64,000 nt of DNA. Origin: a phage. The position numbers were made by a program, and so were the translations under genes. This document shows positions 19,467 through 27,965 of the stretch, piece by piece (positions within the stretch are counted from its first letter, which is position 1; each line of letters opens with the position of its first letter). The stretch lies in assembly GCA_036253495.1 (NCBI GenBank), contig GCA_036253495.1_4125.1; one strand, written 5' to 3'. The notes beneath the pieces are model-generated. The model worked only from the letters and a program-made list of their open reading frames with translations, was not told the origin of the DNA and did not search any database.

Positions 19467-19592
19467 ATGCTTGCATTTCTTCAAGTTGATGTATATGAAG
19501 AAAGTAATGGCGAACAGTATGTTAAACTTGTGATGATGCGTAAGGCAGCAAAACAGGCAACATTCGGTGGCTTGTGTAAATATGAGGACTAA
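19467..19592 (+). pseudogene. truncated paralog remnant of the 19064 secreted-protein family
   Basis: 41-aa ORF ending KLVMMRKAAKQATFGGLCKYED, resembling the C-terminus of 19064..19417. Confidence 0.35.
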
Positions 19593-19596
19593 ACAT

Positions 19597-19788
19597 ATGT
19601 TGATTTATCAATGTGATAACATTCGTGTTATACAGCATCCCTACTTACAAATCTTTGATGTGCAGCAGTATATGGAAGGTGATGACCCAAGAACCTATGG
19701 TCGTAAGTATGATTACTTCACTGTAAAGCAGTGTCGTAACATCAAAGAAGTACGACAATTAGTTCAAGAACTTCAAAATAAAGGTTGA
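19597..19788 (+). CDS. hypothetical small protein
   Basis: ATG 19597 after GAGGA; track ORF from 19567. Confidence 0.5.
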   Translation: MLIYQCDNIRVIQHPYLQIFDVQQYMEGDDPRTYGRKYDYFTVKQCRNIKEVRQLVQELQNKG

Positions 19789-19814
19789 CTTCGGTCAGCC
19801 TTTTTTGTTATAAT
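19783..19814 (+). terminator. terminator hairpin overlapping promoter -35
   Basis: GGTTGAC-TTCG-GTCAGCC, T-run, TATAAT. Confidence 0.7.
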
Positions 19815-19843
19815 CATTTCATCTACTACTGGGGATTTTAATT

Positions 19844-20284
19844 ATGTATGTATATCGTTTTGAACTTAAATTCAGTTATATTGAACCTAACTTAGATCCT
19901 GCAAAAACAGTAGGACCGTTCGCACGGTACTCTTCGCGATACAGTACTAAAAATGGATTTGAACGTTTGTGTATGACTACACCTTCGCAATTCCAACCTG
20001 AGCCAACTGAAGATGGGATCTATTCAATCAAACGTGGCTGGGCATTTGGATGCCAAAGTTTAAACGACCTGTTCAGATTCTTTACAATGGACTTAGGTAA
20101 ACTTCATCGTTCAGGATTTTCTGTTTTTGTGTATGAAGTTCCTGATAACCATGTAGACATTGGACATAACCAAGTGCAGTACTATTGTGGTAGTGCAAAA
20201 CTACTTCGTATTATGTCAGTAAAGGAAGCTAAAGAAGAATTTCGTGCTACAAGATTTAATAAGGAAGAGATGGCATATGGATAA
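19844..20284 (+). CDS. hypothetical protein
   Basis: 146 aa ORF. Confidence 0.55.
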   Translation: MYVYRFELKFSYIEPNLDPAKTVGPFARYSSRYSTKNGFERLCMTTPSQFQPEPTEDGIYSIKRGWAFGCQSLNDLFRFFTMDLGKLHRSGFSVFVYEVPDNHVDIGHNQVQYYCGSAKLLRIMSVKEAKEEFRATRFNKEEMAYG

Positions 20285-20633
20285 AACATCAACACGATTT
20301 GCAAAGTTCTTGAGTTATGAGATACCACAAGATCCGTATTTCGACCAACGTGACGATGAAGATTACATAAAGTTAACTCGTGAACTACGAAATAAGTTCC
20401 AACAGATTTTAAGTTCATACACTAATACACATCCACATTTAAAGTACTTCATTAAGGCAGATATAGATTCAGATGATTCTGAACTATCATTCCTTGAATA
20501 CACAGTTGAGTGTGTTGGGTATGTACCTGATAATAGTGTAATTAATCACAACAAAATAAAGTTCGACTTGTACGTTATTTGTGTTATAATGAACTTAATT
20601 GCACAAATGAACAACTATTCAATAGGGGATTAA
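20277..20633 (+). CDS. hypothetical protein
   Basis: ATG 20277 overlapping upstream stop; track ORF from 20244. Confidence 0.5.
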   Translation: MDKTSTRFAKFLSYEIPQDPYFDQRDDEDYIKLTRELRNKFQQILSSYTNTHPHLKYFIKADIDSDDSELSFLEYTVECVGYVPDNSVINHNKIKFDLYVICVIMNLIAQMNNYSIGD

Positions 20634-20897
20634 ATGAAACTGAAATTGAACTATCATGGTTTTCGTCTGCGTGATGATGTGGAGTTCCTTCGTCGCACAC
20701 CAGGTGCTGAGTTGTTTTTAACTGAAATGGGTGTCCCATTTAAAGTCGAGCACATTGGTGACAATGACTGCCTGGTATATGATAATCAACCGGATATCAA
20801 CGTTCCGTGGTATTCTGAACATATGTACATTGATATGGCGGCTCGCTACAACTGTACGTTTGAAATTACATCTAAAGGTATTGCTATTCAATTCTAA
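20634..20897 (+). CDS. hypothetical protein
   Basis: 87 aa ORF. Confidence 0.5.
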   Translation: MKLKLNYHGFRLRDDVEFLRRTPGAELFLTEMGVPFKVEHIGDNDCLVYDNQPDINVPWYSEHMYIDMAARYNCTFEITSKGIAIQF

Positions 20898-20918
20898 TAG
20901 TCTGATGGACACGAGTAA

Positions 20919-21143
20919 ATGAAATACATGCTGGTGGCATTAATGTTTGTGAGCACAATAGTACAAGCCAGAATCAAGTACTTTGTGAAGTGTACAAACG
21001 TTAGCGGTGGCTACACAGAGACATATCAGGGTAAGTCGGTTAAGATGGCAATACACAATGATAGAGGAACAGTGATTTTCCTTGTGAATGATATAATCAT
21101 TTTGTACAAACCAGATGTACCATGTGAAGTAAAAAGATATTAA
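20919..21143 (+). CDS. putative secreted small protein
   Basis: Signal-like N-terminus. Confidence 0.5.
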   Translation: MKYMLVALMFVSTIVQARIKYFVKCTNVSGGYTETYQGKSVKMAIHNDRGTVIFLVNDIIILYKPDVPCEVKRY

Positions 21144-21148
21144 ACTAC

Positions 21149-21180
21149 GGGGTTGGCATAAGTCAGCCCTTTTGTATAAT
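21149..21180 (+). terminator. terminator hairpin overlapping promoter
   Basis: GGTTGGCATAAGTCAGCC hairpin, T-run, TATAAT. Confidence 0.5.
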
Positions 21181-21188
21181 GGTGACTT

Positions 21189-21767
21189 ATGAACCGTAAA
21201 GGTAAGTTTAAAGTATCAAAGAAGAATAAAAGTGGAAGGTTCAATGATATATGCTTAGGTTTTATCAAAGCACACAATAAACTTTCTGCCCTGAGTAGAA
21301 AGATAGTATCTAACAAGATTGATATTAGATATATAAGTACTAACAATAGTACAGGGAAAGATGCACATCCAACTGAAAATATTATTTCAGTATCCTTCGT
21401 ATACGATGGTCTGGACATTACGATAGATGATTACAGACGATACGGTACTGGGTTTATACGTATCTATTGCAGAGATGCATCTGATAAGCCGGAACGTATT
21501 CGTATTATCGGTACATTGAGTGCTGGTATATTTGAGTGGGAGATTGTTCAACTTAAAACTATCGATGAGTACACCACAAGTTCTAATATTATTGAGTTGA
21601 ATTGCAATGTGAAAGACCTCCCAAACTTGAGCGAAGAAGAATATTTTCAAGAAAGCTTGCTAACGCCAAATTTGGATGATATAATTAAACAATATAAGAC
21701 GATGGTGTACTTCTTCAAATGTATCAAACCTAAGACTTGTTTGATGAATATTGTCCGTGATCTATAA
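21189..21767 (+). CDS. hypothetical protein; LSEEEYFQ motif family
   Basis: 192 aa; motif shared with 71..538 and 1088..1552. Confidence 0.55.
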   Translation: MNRKGKFKVSKKNKSGRFNDICLGFIKAHNKLSALSRKIVSNKIDIRYISTNNSTGKDAHPTENIISVSFVYDGLDITIDDYRRYGTGFIRIYCRDASDKPERIRIIGTLSAGIFEWEIVQLKTIDEYTTSSNIIELNCNVKDLPNLSEEEYFQESLLTPNLDDIIKQYKTMVYFFKCIKPKTCLMNIVRDL

Positions 21768-21778
21768 CAGGAAAAAAT

Positions 21779-22210
21779 ATGTGGGTTAACGTTAATAGTA
21801 CTGAACTTAATGAAATTGATATCTTTGCATTTGTTAATCTGGAAACTGATACCTTTGTTCGTGGACGTTTGTTCATGAGTTCTTCCTGTGTTCGCAGTAT
21901 TGCAGTTATGGATGAACTCGGTCAGGTAATTGAGTGTCTACCATTACCTGCATGGGCATATAGCAGTACTGAAGAAGATGTAATGCATAAGATCTTTGAA
22001 GGTATCAATAAGCTACCTGGTGCAGATGTGAAGAATAAGATATTCAACATTGAGAATAAGAACTACAGTGCAGATGTACTGCGTCCTTTAGTTGATTCAG
22101 TACTGCAAGCTGCATTAGCTAAACCTAAGTGCATTATTTTAAAGTACATTCCAGAACTTTCCCTAACTAAAGAGGATATGAAAGGATTTATATTCTCATC
22201 GGAGTTGTGA
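21779..22210 (+). CDS. hypothetical protein
   Basis: 143 aa ORF. Confidence 0.55.
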   Translation: MWVNVNSTELNEIDIFAFVNLETDTFVRGRLFMSSSCVRSIAVMDELGQVIECLPLPAWAYSSTEEDVMHKIFEGINKLPGADVKNKIFNIENKNYSADVLRPLVDSVLQAALAKPKCIILKYIPELSLTKEDMKGFIFSSEL

Positions 22211-22434
22211 TGAAAAGGTATAAAATTGAATACCTACTTAAAGTAAGAGAGAAAAGTATTAGTAGTGAGAAATACACCAGTGAGATATTCGTCAGAGATG
22301 AGTATTACATTGGTGAAAATGAAGTTGAAGTACTGTTACAATGCATAGAAAATGAATTTCGAGATATGACACGTTATATGTCATTTGAGATATCGTGTGC
22401 AAAAGTTACATTCTTGAACAATACTTCATATTAA
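22207..22434 (+). CDS. hypothetical small protein
   Basis: 75 aa, ATGA overlap. Confidence 0.5.
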   Translation: MMKRYKIEYLLKVREKSISSEKYTSEIFVRDEYYIGENEVEVLLQCIENEFRDMTRYMSFEISCAKVTFLNNTSY

Positions 22435-22437
22435 AAA

Positions 22438-22480
22438 AGGGTTGACTTTTGTTGACCCTTTTTGCTATTCTATAAATATA
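22438..22480 (+). terminator. terminator hairpin overlapping promoter
   Basis: GGGTTGACTTTTGTTGACCC imperfect hairpin, T-run, AT-rich -10. Confidence 0.5.
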
Positions 22481-22524
22481 GACATAGAGAATATATAACA
22501 TGAAATCTATGGAGAGAAATCAAA

Positions 22525-24063
22525 ATGCCAGGTAAATTCACTGACAAAAACGGCGGCAATATGGCTGGACACTCTGATAAATGGAGTGATGAGAATCGTC
22601 GCAAAAATAGTTTCCAAGCGGGGCAAGGTTCCCGTGGCTCTCGCAACCAAGGAACGGGAGAAGCTGGGAAAGCAAACACAGTTGCATCACAGGGTCTTGA
22701 TACTTCAAACATGTCCCAGCATGAAAAATTGAAGTACTTCAATAGTCTTGGTCTTTTAAATCCGCAGCAGAAGCAACAACTTGCTGCTCTGGATAAAGCA
22801 CAAGAACAACCTAAAGCAGCACCTGAAGCACCTGCACAGCCTAAAGCGGCTAATCCGGTAAAAGAACTAAGTGATAAACTTGGGAAGATCTTTGCTAACA
22901 AACCACAACTAATTCAAGGTATCGTAAAAGCACTTCAAGCGGTTCCTAAAGAACAACTCAAGGATAAAGCACAAGCTGTTCTTGATAGTATGAAAGGGAA
23001 TACCAGTACTGAACCAACTGAAGTATTCAGTACTATCATGCGTGCACTTGAAGGTAAGCCACAGGCCGATGATGATATTGAGTTTGATGAACCTGCACAA
23101 GAAGTAGCAAATCTTGACTCAATCGTTTCTACATTTGGAAAAATTGGTGCAGAAGATAAGACTAATGCACAACAAGTTAAGAATGTACAAGCTAAGTTAC
23201 AAAATCGTCTTGAAGGTAAAGATGAAAAGATTAAACTTGCAGCAGATGCGTTGAAGAAAGCATTAGAATCATATAAACCTGGTGAGAAATCTCGCTTCAT
23301 TACTGCAATGAATGCAGTATTCGGTGCAATGAAAAAGTATGAAGCTGAACACGGTGAGAAAGTAACTCCTGATGGATATCTCCTTCGAAAAGATGAAGAA
23401 GGTGCTGTTGACCAGAAGGACGCTGAACCAGACTATGGTGATTTACCGGATACAGTTGATATGGATGGTTACATTCATCGTCCTGATATGCAAGAATTTG
23501 GTTCAGACAAAGAAGGTTTTGAACATGCTATGGCTGTGTACAAAGCATTAGTCGATAATCCACAATATGCAAATAGTTTTGTAGATGAGTTTGATAGTGC
23601 ATGGAACAACTACCAAGACAAAGGATATGATTTCCCAGCAGAAGCAGCATTCTTTGAACTAGGTAAACTTCTTGCTAAAAATGGTATTAATGTTGGTTCT
23701 AATGGTGAAGCAAACACTTCAGAAATGGACGCTGAATTGGCTAAAGATCGTGAAATGACTGATAAGTCAATTCATGAACTACAAAAGCTAATGATGTGGA
23801 TTGCTGAAATTGGTAAGAAAGCTGGTGCAGATCCTAAGAGCATTAACAGCAATATTAGTTGGATTAAACATAAGGTTGATAACAATGCCCGTAAATTACA
23901 AAAGGCATGGACCGACCTAGTGAATGGTGCAGACGATGTTGATATCGATTCACCGGAAGCATACGAGTACGCATTGAACACACTTGATAACTCTTTCCAG
24001 GATTACGAAAATGGTAACGTAACTGATTGGGAAAAGGATATCATGCATAAGTACGGTAAATGA
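22525..24063 (+). CDS. hypothetical K/A/E/Q-rich low-complexity protein
   Basis: 512 aa, GGAGAG RBS; largest plus-strand ORF in the left module. Confidence 0.65.
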   Translation: MPGKFTDKNGGNMAGHSDKWSDENRRKNSFQAGQGSRGSRNQGTGEAGKANTVASQGLDTSNMSQHEKLKYFNSLGLLNPQQKQQLAALDKAQEQPKAAPEAPAQPKAANPVKELSDKLGKIFANKPQLIQGIVKALQAVPKEQLKDKAQAVLDSMKGNTSTEPTEVFSTIMRALEGKPQADDDIEFDEPAQEVANLDSIVSTFGKIGAEDKTNAQQVKNVQAKLQNRLEGKDEKIKLAADALKKALESYKPGEKSRFITAMNAVFGAMKKYEAEHGEKVTPDGYLLRKDEEGAVDQKDAEPDYGDLPDTVDMDGYIHRPDMQEFGSDKEGFEHAMAVYKALVDNPQYANSFVDEFDSAWNNYQDKGYDFPAEAAFFELGKLLAKNGINVGSNGEANTSEMDAELAKDREMTDKSIHELQKLMMWIAEIGKKAGADPKSINSNISWIKHKVDNNARKLQKAWTDLVNGADDVDIDSPEAYEYALNTLDNSFQDYENGNVTDWEKDIMHKYGK

Positions 24064-24072
24064 TAAAAAAGA

Positions 24073-24104
24073 GGTTGACTTCGGTCAGCCTTTTTTGCTA
24101 TAAT
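24073..24104 (+). terminator. terminator hairpin overlapping promoter -35
   Basis: GGTTGAC-TTCG-GTCAGCC, T-run, TATAAT. Confidence 0.7.
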
Positions 24105-24131
24105 ACTCACATAACCTAAAGGAGAAACTCT

Positions 24132-24407
24132 ATGAACACATACGAACGTTTAGTTGGCTCAATGCGTTATGAAGAAATTTTAAGTGATATCGAAGAACTG
24201 AAAGACTCGAAAAGTTACATCCACTTAGATGAACTTATCGTGAAGTATGGGGAGGTTGGTGCAAAAGAATTAATTTGCTTTATGGTTCATGTTCGAAATT
24301 TAAATTACTTTGATCTTTCATCGAAGAACGGTGAACCGAATCTTTATTATCTATATTATTTGAAACATAAAGATGCATGTAATAAATTATTCTTAGAACT
24401 TTTATAA
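24132..24407 (+). CDS. hypothetical protein
   Basis: 91 aa, AAGGAG RBS. Confidence 0.55.
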   Translation: MNTYERLVGSMRYEEILSDIEELKDSKSYIHLDELIVKYGEVGAKELICFMVHVRNLNYFDLSSKNGEPNLYYLYYLKHKDACNKLFLELL

Positions 24408-24420
24408 CTGGAGATATCTA

Positions 24421-24681
24421 ATGCAAAACCCTGAATTGAAAATGTTTACACAAATCCGTCTTGCTCGTGTTGAACATGACACTAACTATGTACTGAACGA
24501 TGGTCCTCCACAACGCGTTGAAGTTGGTTATATTGACGTTGATAATTCACAATCTCTTCTGATTACCATTGGTTCTAACTCTTACAGTGTTGCTACACTG
24601 GAGAGTGTATTGTCCTTGGCACAATCCGCAAGGATTGCCCGTAACGCTCTTATGAACTGTGATGAACCTGATAATGAATGA
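24421..24681 (+). CDS. hypothetical protein
   Basis: 86 aa ORF. Confidence 0.5.
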   Translation: MQNPELKMFTQIRLARVEHDTNYVLNDGPPQRVEVGYIDVDNSQSLLITIGSNSYSVATLESVLSLAQSARIARNALMNCDEPDNE

Positions 24682-25012
24682 TTATATGTATGAATTAAAC
24701 ATGATATCGTTTGTTTTATCGGGTATCGGATGGATGTACTATATGCTTGGGTATATTTTATTATTCTTCCGATACAATACATTCTACAAACGCTATTGGG
24801 ATGATGCACCAATTCACTTCTTCGCATTTGTATTCTTAACTATGGCAGTGGGTGAAGTACTGCTAACTGGTATCCAAAATACTGGTGGAATGATGTGCAC
24901 ACTAACAACATTCTTTGTTGTTTTTGGGACTGTAGTTTGGTTTTTCGCGTGGGGACTCTTCTCTTTGATTATGAAACTTGAGAAACTCCGAGACAAATTA
25001 CCAGAGCGTTGA
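24659..25012 (+). CDS. small membrane protein (start uncertain)
   Basis: 117 aa hydrophobic ORF overlapping upstream gene. Confidence 0.45.
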   Translation: MMNLIMNDYMYELNMISFVLSGIGWMYYMLGYILLFFRYNTFYKRYWDDAPIHFFAFVFLTMAVGEVLLTGIQNTGGMMCTLTTFFVVFGTVVWFFAWGLFSLIMKLEKLRDKLPER

Positions 25013-25022
25013 TGAAAAGTAT

Positions 25023-25078
25023 TTGACAAACTCAACTAGTACTGTATAATGTTTATCAAGGGGATGAACTTCTCATCC
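25023..25078 (+). promoter_or_regulatory. sigma70-like promoter plus 5' hairpin
   Basis: TTGACA, 16 bp spacer, TATAAT, then GGGATGA-ACTTC-TCATCCC hairpin before the RBS. Confidence 0.55.
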
Positions 25079-25097
25079 CTACAATCGAGGAACTACC

Positions 25098-25652
25098 ATG
25101 ATTACTTTTAAGAAAACTGCCAACCACATCCATGAAATCTACATTAACGGTCACAAAGCTGGCCTTCTTCGTTTACTCGCCCATCATCCTGATGCTACCG
25201 TATCTGATAATGAACCTAAAGATTGGCGTGTCTTTTTCTTTGGGAAGTACAGTGATTTTCAAGTATCAAACCTGAAGAACATTCGTTCAGTATGCACGTT
25301 AACTGAAATTAAAGAAAAGTTAGCCAAAGCATTGAAAACTAATCCAGATGGTGTTCTTCCACCTGATAACTTTGTAGAGAAAGGATATGCCTTAGCTCAT
25401 TTCAAAGATGGTACTATTCAATCTATCAGTACTGAATATGAATACCAATGGACTGAGTACTTCACTTATGGCTCCCGTGATACTTTGATGGCTTCACGTA
25501 GTAAATTGGAAGAAGTACTGACTCGTATGAATGAACGCGAGCGTCAGTACTATGACAAACCAGAAATGTGGAGTTCAACTTACATTGACCGTATTGACTA
25601 TGTTATGATGACTCCAATCTTTGACACTGCTTACTATGATTCTTTGAAATAA
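25098..25652 (+). CDS. hypothetical protein
   Basis: 184 aa, GAGGAA RBS. Confidence 0.6.
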   Translation: MITFKKTANHIHEIYINGHKAGLLRLLAHHPDATVSDNEPKDWRVFFFGKYSDFQVSNLKNIRSVCTLTEIKEKLAKALKTNPDGVLPPDNFVEKGYALAHFKDGTIQSISTEYEYQWTEYFTYGSRDTLMASRSKLEEVLTRMNERERQYYDKPEMWSSTYIDRIDYVMMTPIFDTAYYDSLK

Positions 25653-25663
25653 GGATAACTTAT

Positions 25664-25840
25664 ATGAAACTACGTACTCGTAATCGACTGATGGATGCCC
25701 TATATCATGAACAGTGTTCATTAAATGAAGTAAAGCGTCAGTTAATGTACACATATCAGTTACCCGCTCGTGTTGCAAAACAACGTGCTAACGAATTGCT
25801 GAAAGAAGCAATCGAGTACTGGGAATCTGATTCGTACTAA
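25664..25840 (+). CDS. hypothetical small protein
   Basis: 58 aa hand-translated; AAGGAT RBS. Confidence 0.4.
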   Translation: MKLRTRNRLMDALYHEQCSLNEVKRQLMYTYQLPARVAKQRANELLKEAIEYWESDSY

Positions 25841-25879
25841 TATTACGTGATATGTCACGTTAATTAAGTGAGGCGATAA

Positions 25880-26131
25880 ATGAAAATTTTATTAGTTCTA
25901 ATACTACTAATTGTTTTACCATTTACTTTAGTATCCCCTGAACTTGCATGGAATGTGTTTGTGTACTTAGTATGTACTATTGTAGTAAATGGTATCTTGT
26001 TCTTAGTTCTATTCATAAATGGAATAGGACACGGTGGAGGATGGACCAGTACTGCTGATATTGTACATAAAACCACTATGTCTTTATTTGTAGTGTGGAA
26101 TTTATTCTGGACTTGGTTTGTGTTCTTCTAA
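25880..26131 (+). CDS. small membrane protein
   Basis: 83 aa hydrophobic. Confidence 0.5.
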   Translation: MKILLVLILLIVLPFTLVSPELAWNVFVYLVCTIVVNGILFLVLFINGIGHGGGWTSTADIVHKTTMSLFVVWNLFWTWFVFF

Positions 26132-26140
26132 TTAAAAAAT

Positions 26141-26512
26141 ATGAATATAGATTTGAAAGGTGCAACACGAACTGTCATACTCATTGGGGAATATGCTATC
26201 AAGATTCCAACCTTCAAAAGCTGGAAGTTATTCCTAATTGGAATGATAGCTAACCTCAATGAACGCTCATGGATGCAGTACTCCAAGCGTAGTGATAGTG
26301 GGATATGTCCTACTCTGTGGTCATCGCGAACTGGCTTAATAACAGTACAGAAACGTTGTAAGCCAGTACAACATAGGGGTTTGTTTTGGGTGGAGTTGAG
26401 TGCATTAGCATTGAATTCAGAGTTGAGTACTGACTTCTTCTATTCAGATGCGAAGCCAGAAAACTTTGGATATTTGAATGGTAAGTTAGTTAAGCTTGAT
26501 TATGGAGATTGA
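26141..26512 (+). CDS. hypothetical protein
   Basis: 123 aa ORF, weak RBS. Confidence 0.4.
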   Translation: MNIDLKGATRTVILIGEYAIKIPTFKSWKLFLIGMIANLNERSWMQYSKRSDSGICPTLWSSRTGLITVQKRCKPVQHRGLFWVELSALALNSELSTDFFYSDAKPENFGYLNGKLVKLDYGD

Positions 26513-26597
26513 TAAGTTTATGGAAATTGTTTTAATCGTTGCATTTGTTACATTAGTATGTACTACCATTTAATATATTTTACGAGGATAATGTGAA

Positions 26598-26927
26598 ATG
26601 AAAAAACTACTAACTATTTTAGTACTATCTGCTATTACGTTGACGGCTGGATGTACCGTTAAAAAAGATTTATTCCCTGTTGGTGGAAGTAAAGCTGATG
26701 GTGTTATTAGGCTTGGATACACATTCGACCAGCGATCTGAAATTCCATTAATTGATTTGGAACAGGGATTGTATGTAGCTACTAAACGATGCCAAAAGTG
26801 GGGATATTCAGGTGCTGAAATTTTTGGTGGCTCCACAACAATGTGTTCTGACCAACGTCCACTGGGGTGTGTTGCAACAAATGTCACATATGAATATCAA
26901 TGTACTGGTGACTTAAAAGAAAAATAA
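26598..26927 (+). CDS. putative lipoprotein
   Basis: Signal peptide with LTAGC lipobox-like site. Confidence 0.55.
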   Translation: MKKLLTILVLSAITLTAGCTVKKDLFPVGGSKADGVIRLGYTFDQRSEIPLIDLEQGLYVATKRCQKWGYSGAEIFGGSTTMCSDQRPLGCVATNVTYEYQCTGDLKEK

Positions 26928-26935
26928 TCTTTTAC

Positions 26936-26968
26936 ATGGGTTGACTTCGTTCAGCCCTTTTTGCTATA
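26936..26968 (+). terminator. terminator hairpin overlapping promoter -35
   Basis: GGGTTGACTTCGTTCAGCCC, T-run, TATAAT. Confidence 0.65.
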
Positions 26969-26998
26969 ATTATTTCATCAAGACGAGAGGATGAATAC

Positions 26999-27436
26999 AT
27001 GACCCGCATTAACTTAGTACACGTTAAAGAACTTGCTGACCAACATCTGATGGCTGAATATCGTGAACTTCCACGTGTATTTGGTGCTGTACAAAAACAT
27101 GTTCAAGCACGTAAGCGTGTACGTGATTTCAAAATTAACAGTACTTATCTGTTAGGTTCAGGTCATGTAACATTCTTCTACGACAAGTTACTATACTTAC
27201 AGAAGCGTCATATTGATATTGTTAACGAATGTTTGCGTCGTGGTATGAAGATTCAAAACACTGAAGTAAACGACATTAGCGGCTTCCCTGCTGAGTTTTG
27301 TAATGACTACGTACCATCGGAGTCCGAGATTAAAACATCACGCGAGCGTTTGATTGAGAAGCTTCAGATGAAGCCTAAGTGGTATAAGTTTACTGATGTT
27401 GAGCTACCTATATATTATGTTGATATGATACAATGA
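26999..27436 (+). CDS. denV: pyrimidine dimer DNA glycosylase (T4 endonuclease V homolog)
   Basis: N-terminus [30 protein letters not shown]...KRVRDFKI and HVTFFYDKL closely match T4 EndoV as recalled from memory. Confidence 0.88.
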   Translation: MTRINLVHVKELADQHLMAEYRELPRVFGAVQKHVQARKRVRDFKINSTYLLGSGHVTFFYDKLLYLQKRHIDIVNECLRRGMKIQNTEVNDISGFPAEFCNDYVPSESEIKTSRERLIEKLQMKPKWYKFTDVELPIYYVDMIQ

Positions 27437-27660
27437 ATGATGAAGAATTCAAAAAATATGCGATTGCGAAGCTTGATTCATACAAGTCACGCGAAACGTA
27501 TAAATTTAATCCTGATAAAACAAAAGCATCTATAAGATGGATGATTAATTCACCCAAATATACATTTGACGAAAAATATTCATGGATAGTGCAATGTAGT
27601 GATTATGAGGATTTGGTATATAATATTAAACTGTGTTGGTATGAATACAACAATAAATGA
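27433..27660 (+). CDS. hypothetical small protein
   Basis: 75 aa, ATGA overlap. Confidence 0.5.
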   Translation: MNDEEFKKYAIAKLDSYKSRETYKFNPDKTKASIRWMINSPKYTFDEKYSWIVQCSDYEDLVYNIKLCWYEYNNK

Positions 27661-27666
27661 TATAAG

Positions 27667-27699
27667 GGGTTGACTTCGGTCAGCCCTTTTTGCTATAAT
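27667..27699 (+). terminator. terminator hairpin overlapping promoter -35
   Basis: GGTTGAC-TTCG-GTCAGCC, T-run, TATAAT. Confidence 0.7.
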
Positions 27700-27725
27700 C
27701 ATTTCATCAACTCAAGAGGTAATAC

Positions 27726-27965
27726 ATGAAACTATCTTTTATACGTTTAGCAGAATTCTTCGGTACTGATATAATTACTTTACAACAAATTGCAGACAAT
27801 ACTTCATTAAGCACACAAGAAGTACTTGACTTAGATGTGATAGAGTGTGATAATACTTCTATCGATTATAAAGAAGGTCTTGTCGAAAAAGATAAGATTC
27901 AGGCTAAGATTAATGGTGCTGGACGGGTTCAGTACTGGAAAGGGGTTTTAAGTAATGCGTGTTGA
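27726..27965 (+). CDS. hypothetical small protein
   Basis: 79 aa ORF. Confidence 0.5.
   Translation: MKLSFIRLAEFFGTDIITLQQIADNTSLSTQEVLDLDVIECDNTSIDYKEGLVEKDKIQAKINGAGRVQYWKGVLSNAC

Noticed and set aside
22470-22901. Minus-strand 143-aa ORF overlapping the start of the 512-aa gene
   Set aside because: Antisense to a well-supported plus-strand gene, no RBS, Cys/Ala/Ser-rich nonsense composition; treated as a shadow ORF. Likewise 90..287, 8649..8843, 24582..24827, 32783..33004, 57106..57417, 57128..57598 and 61513..61800.
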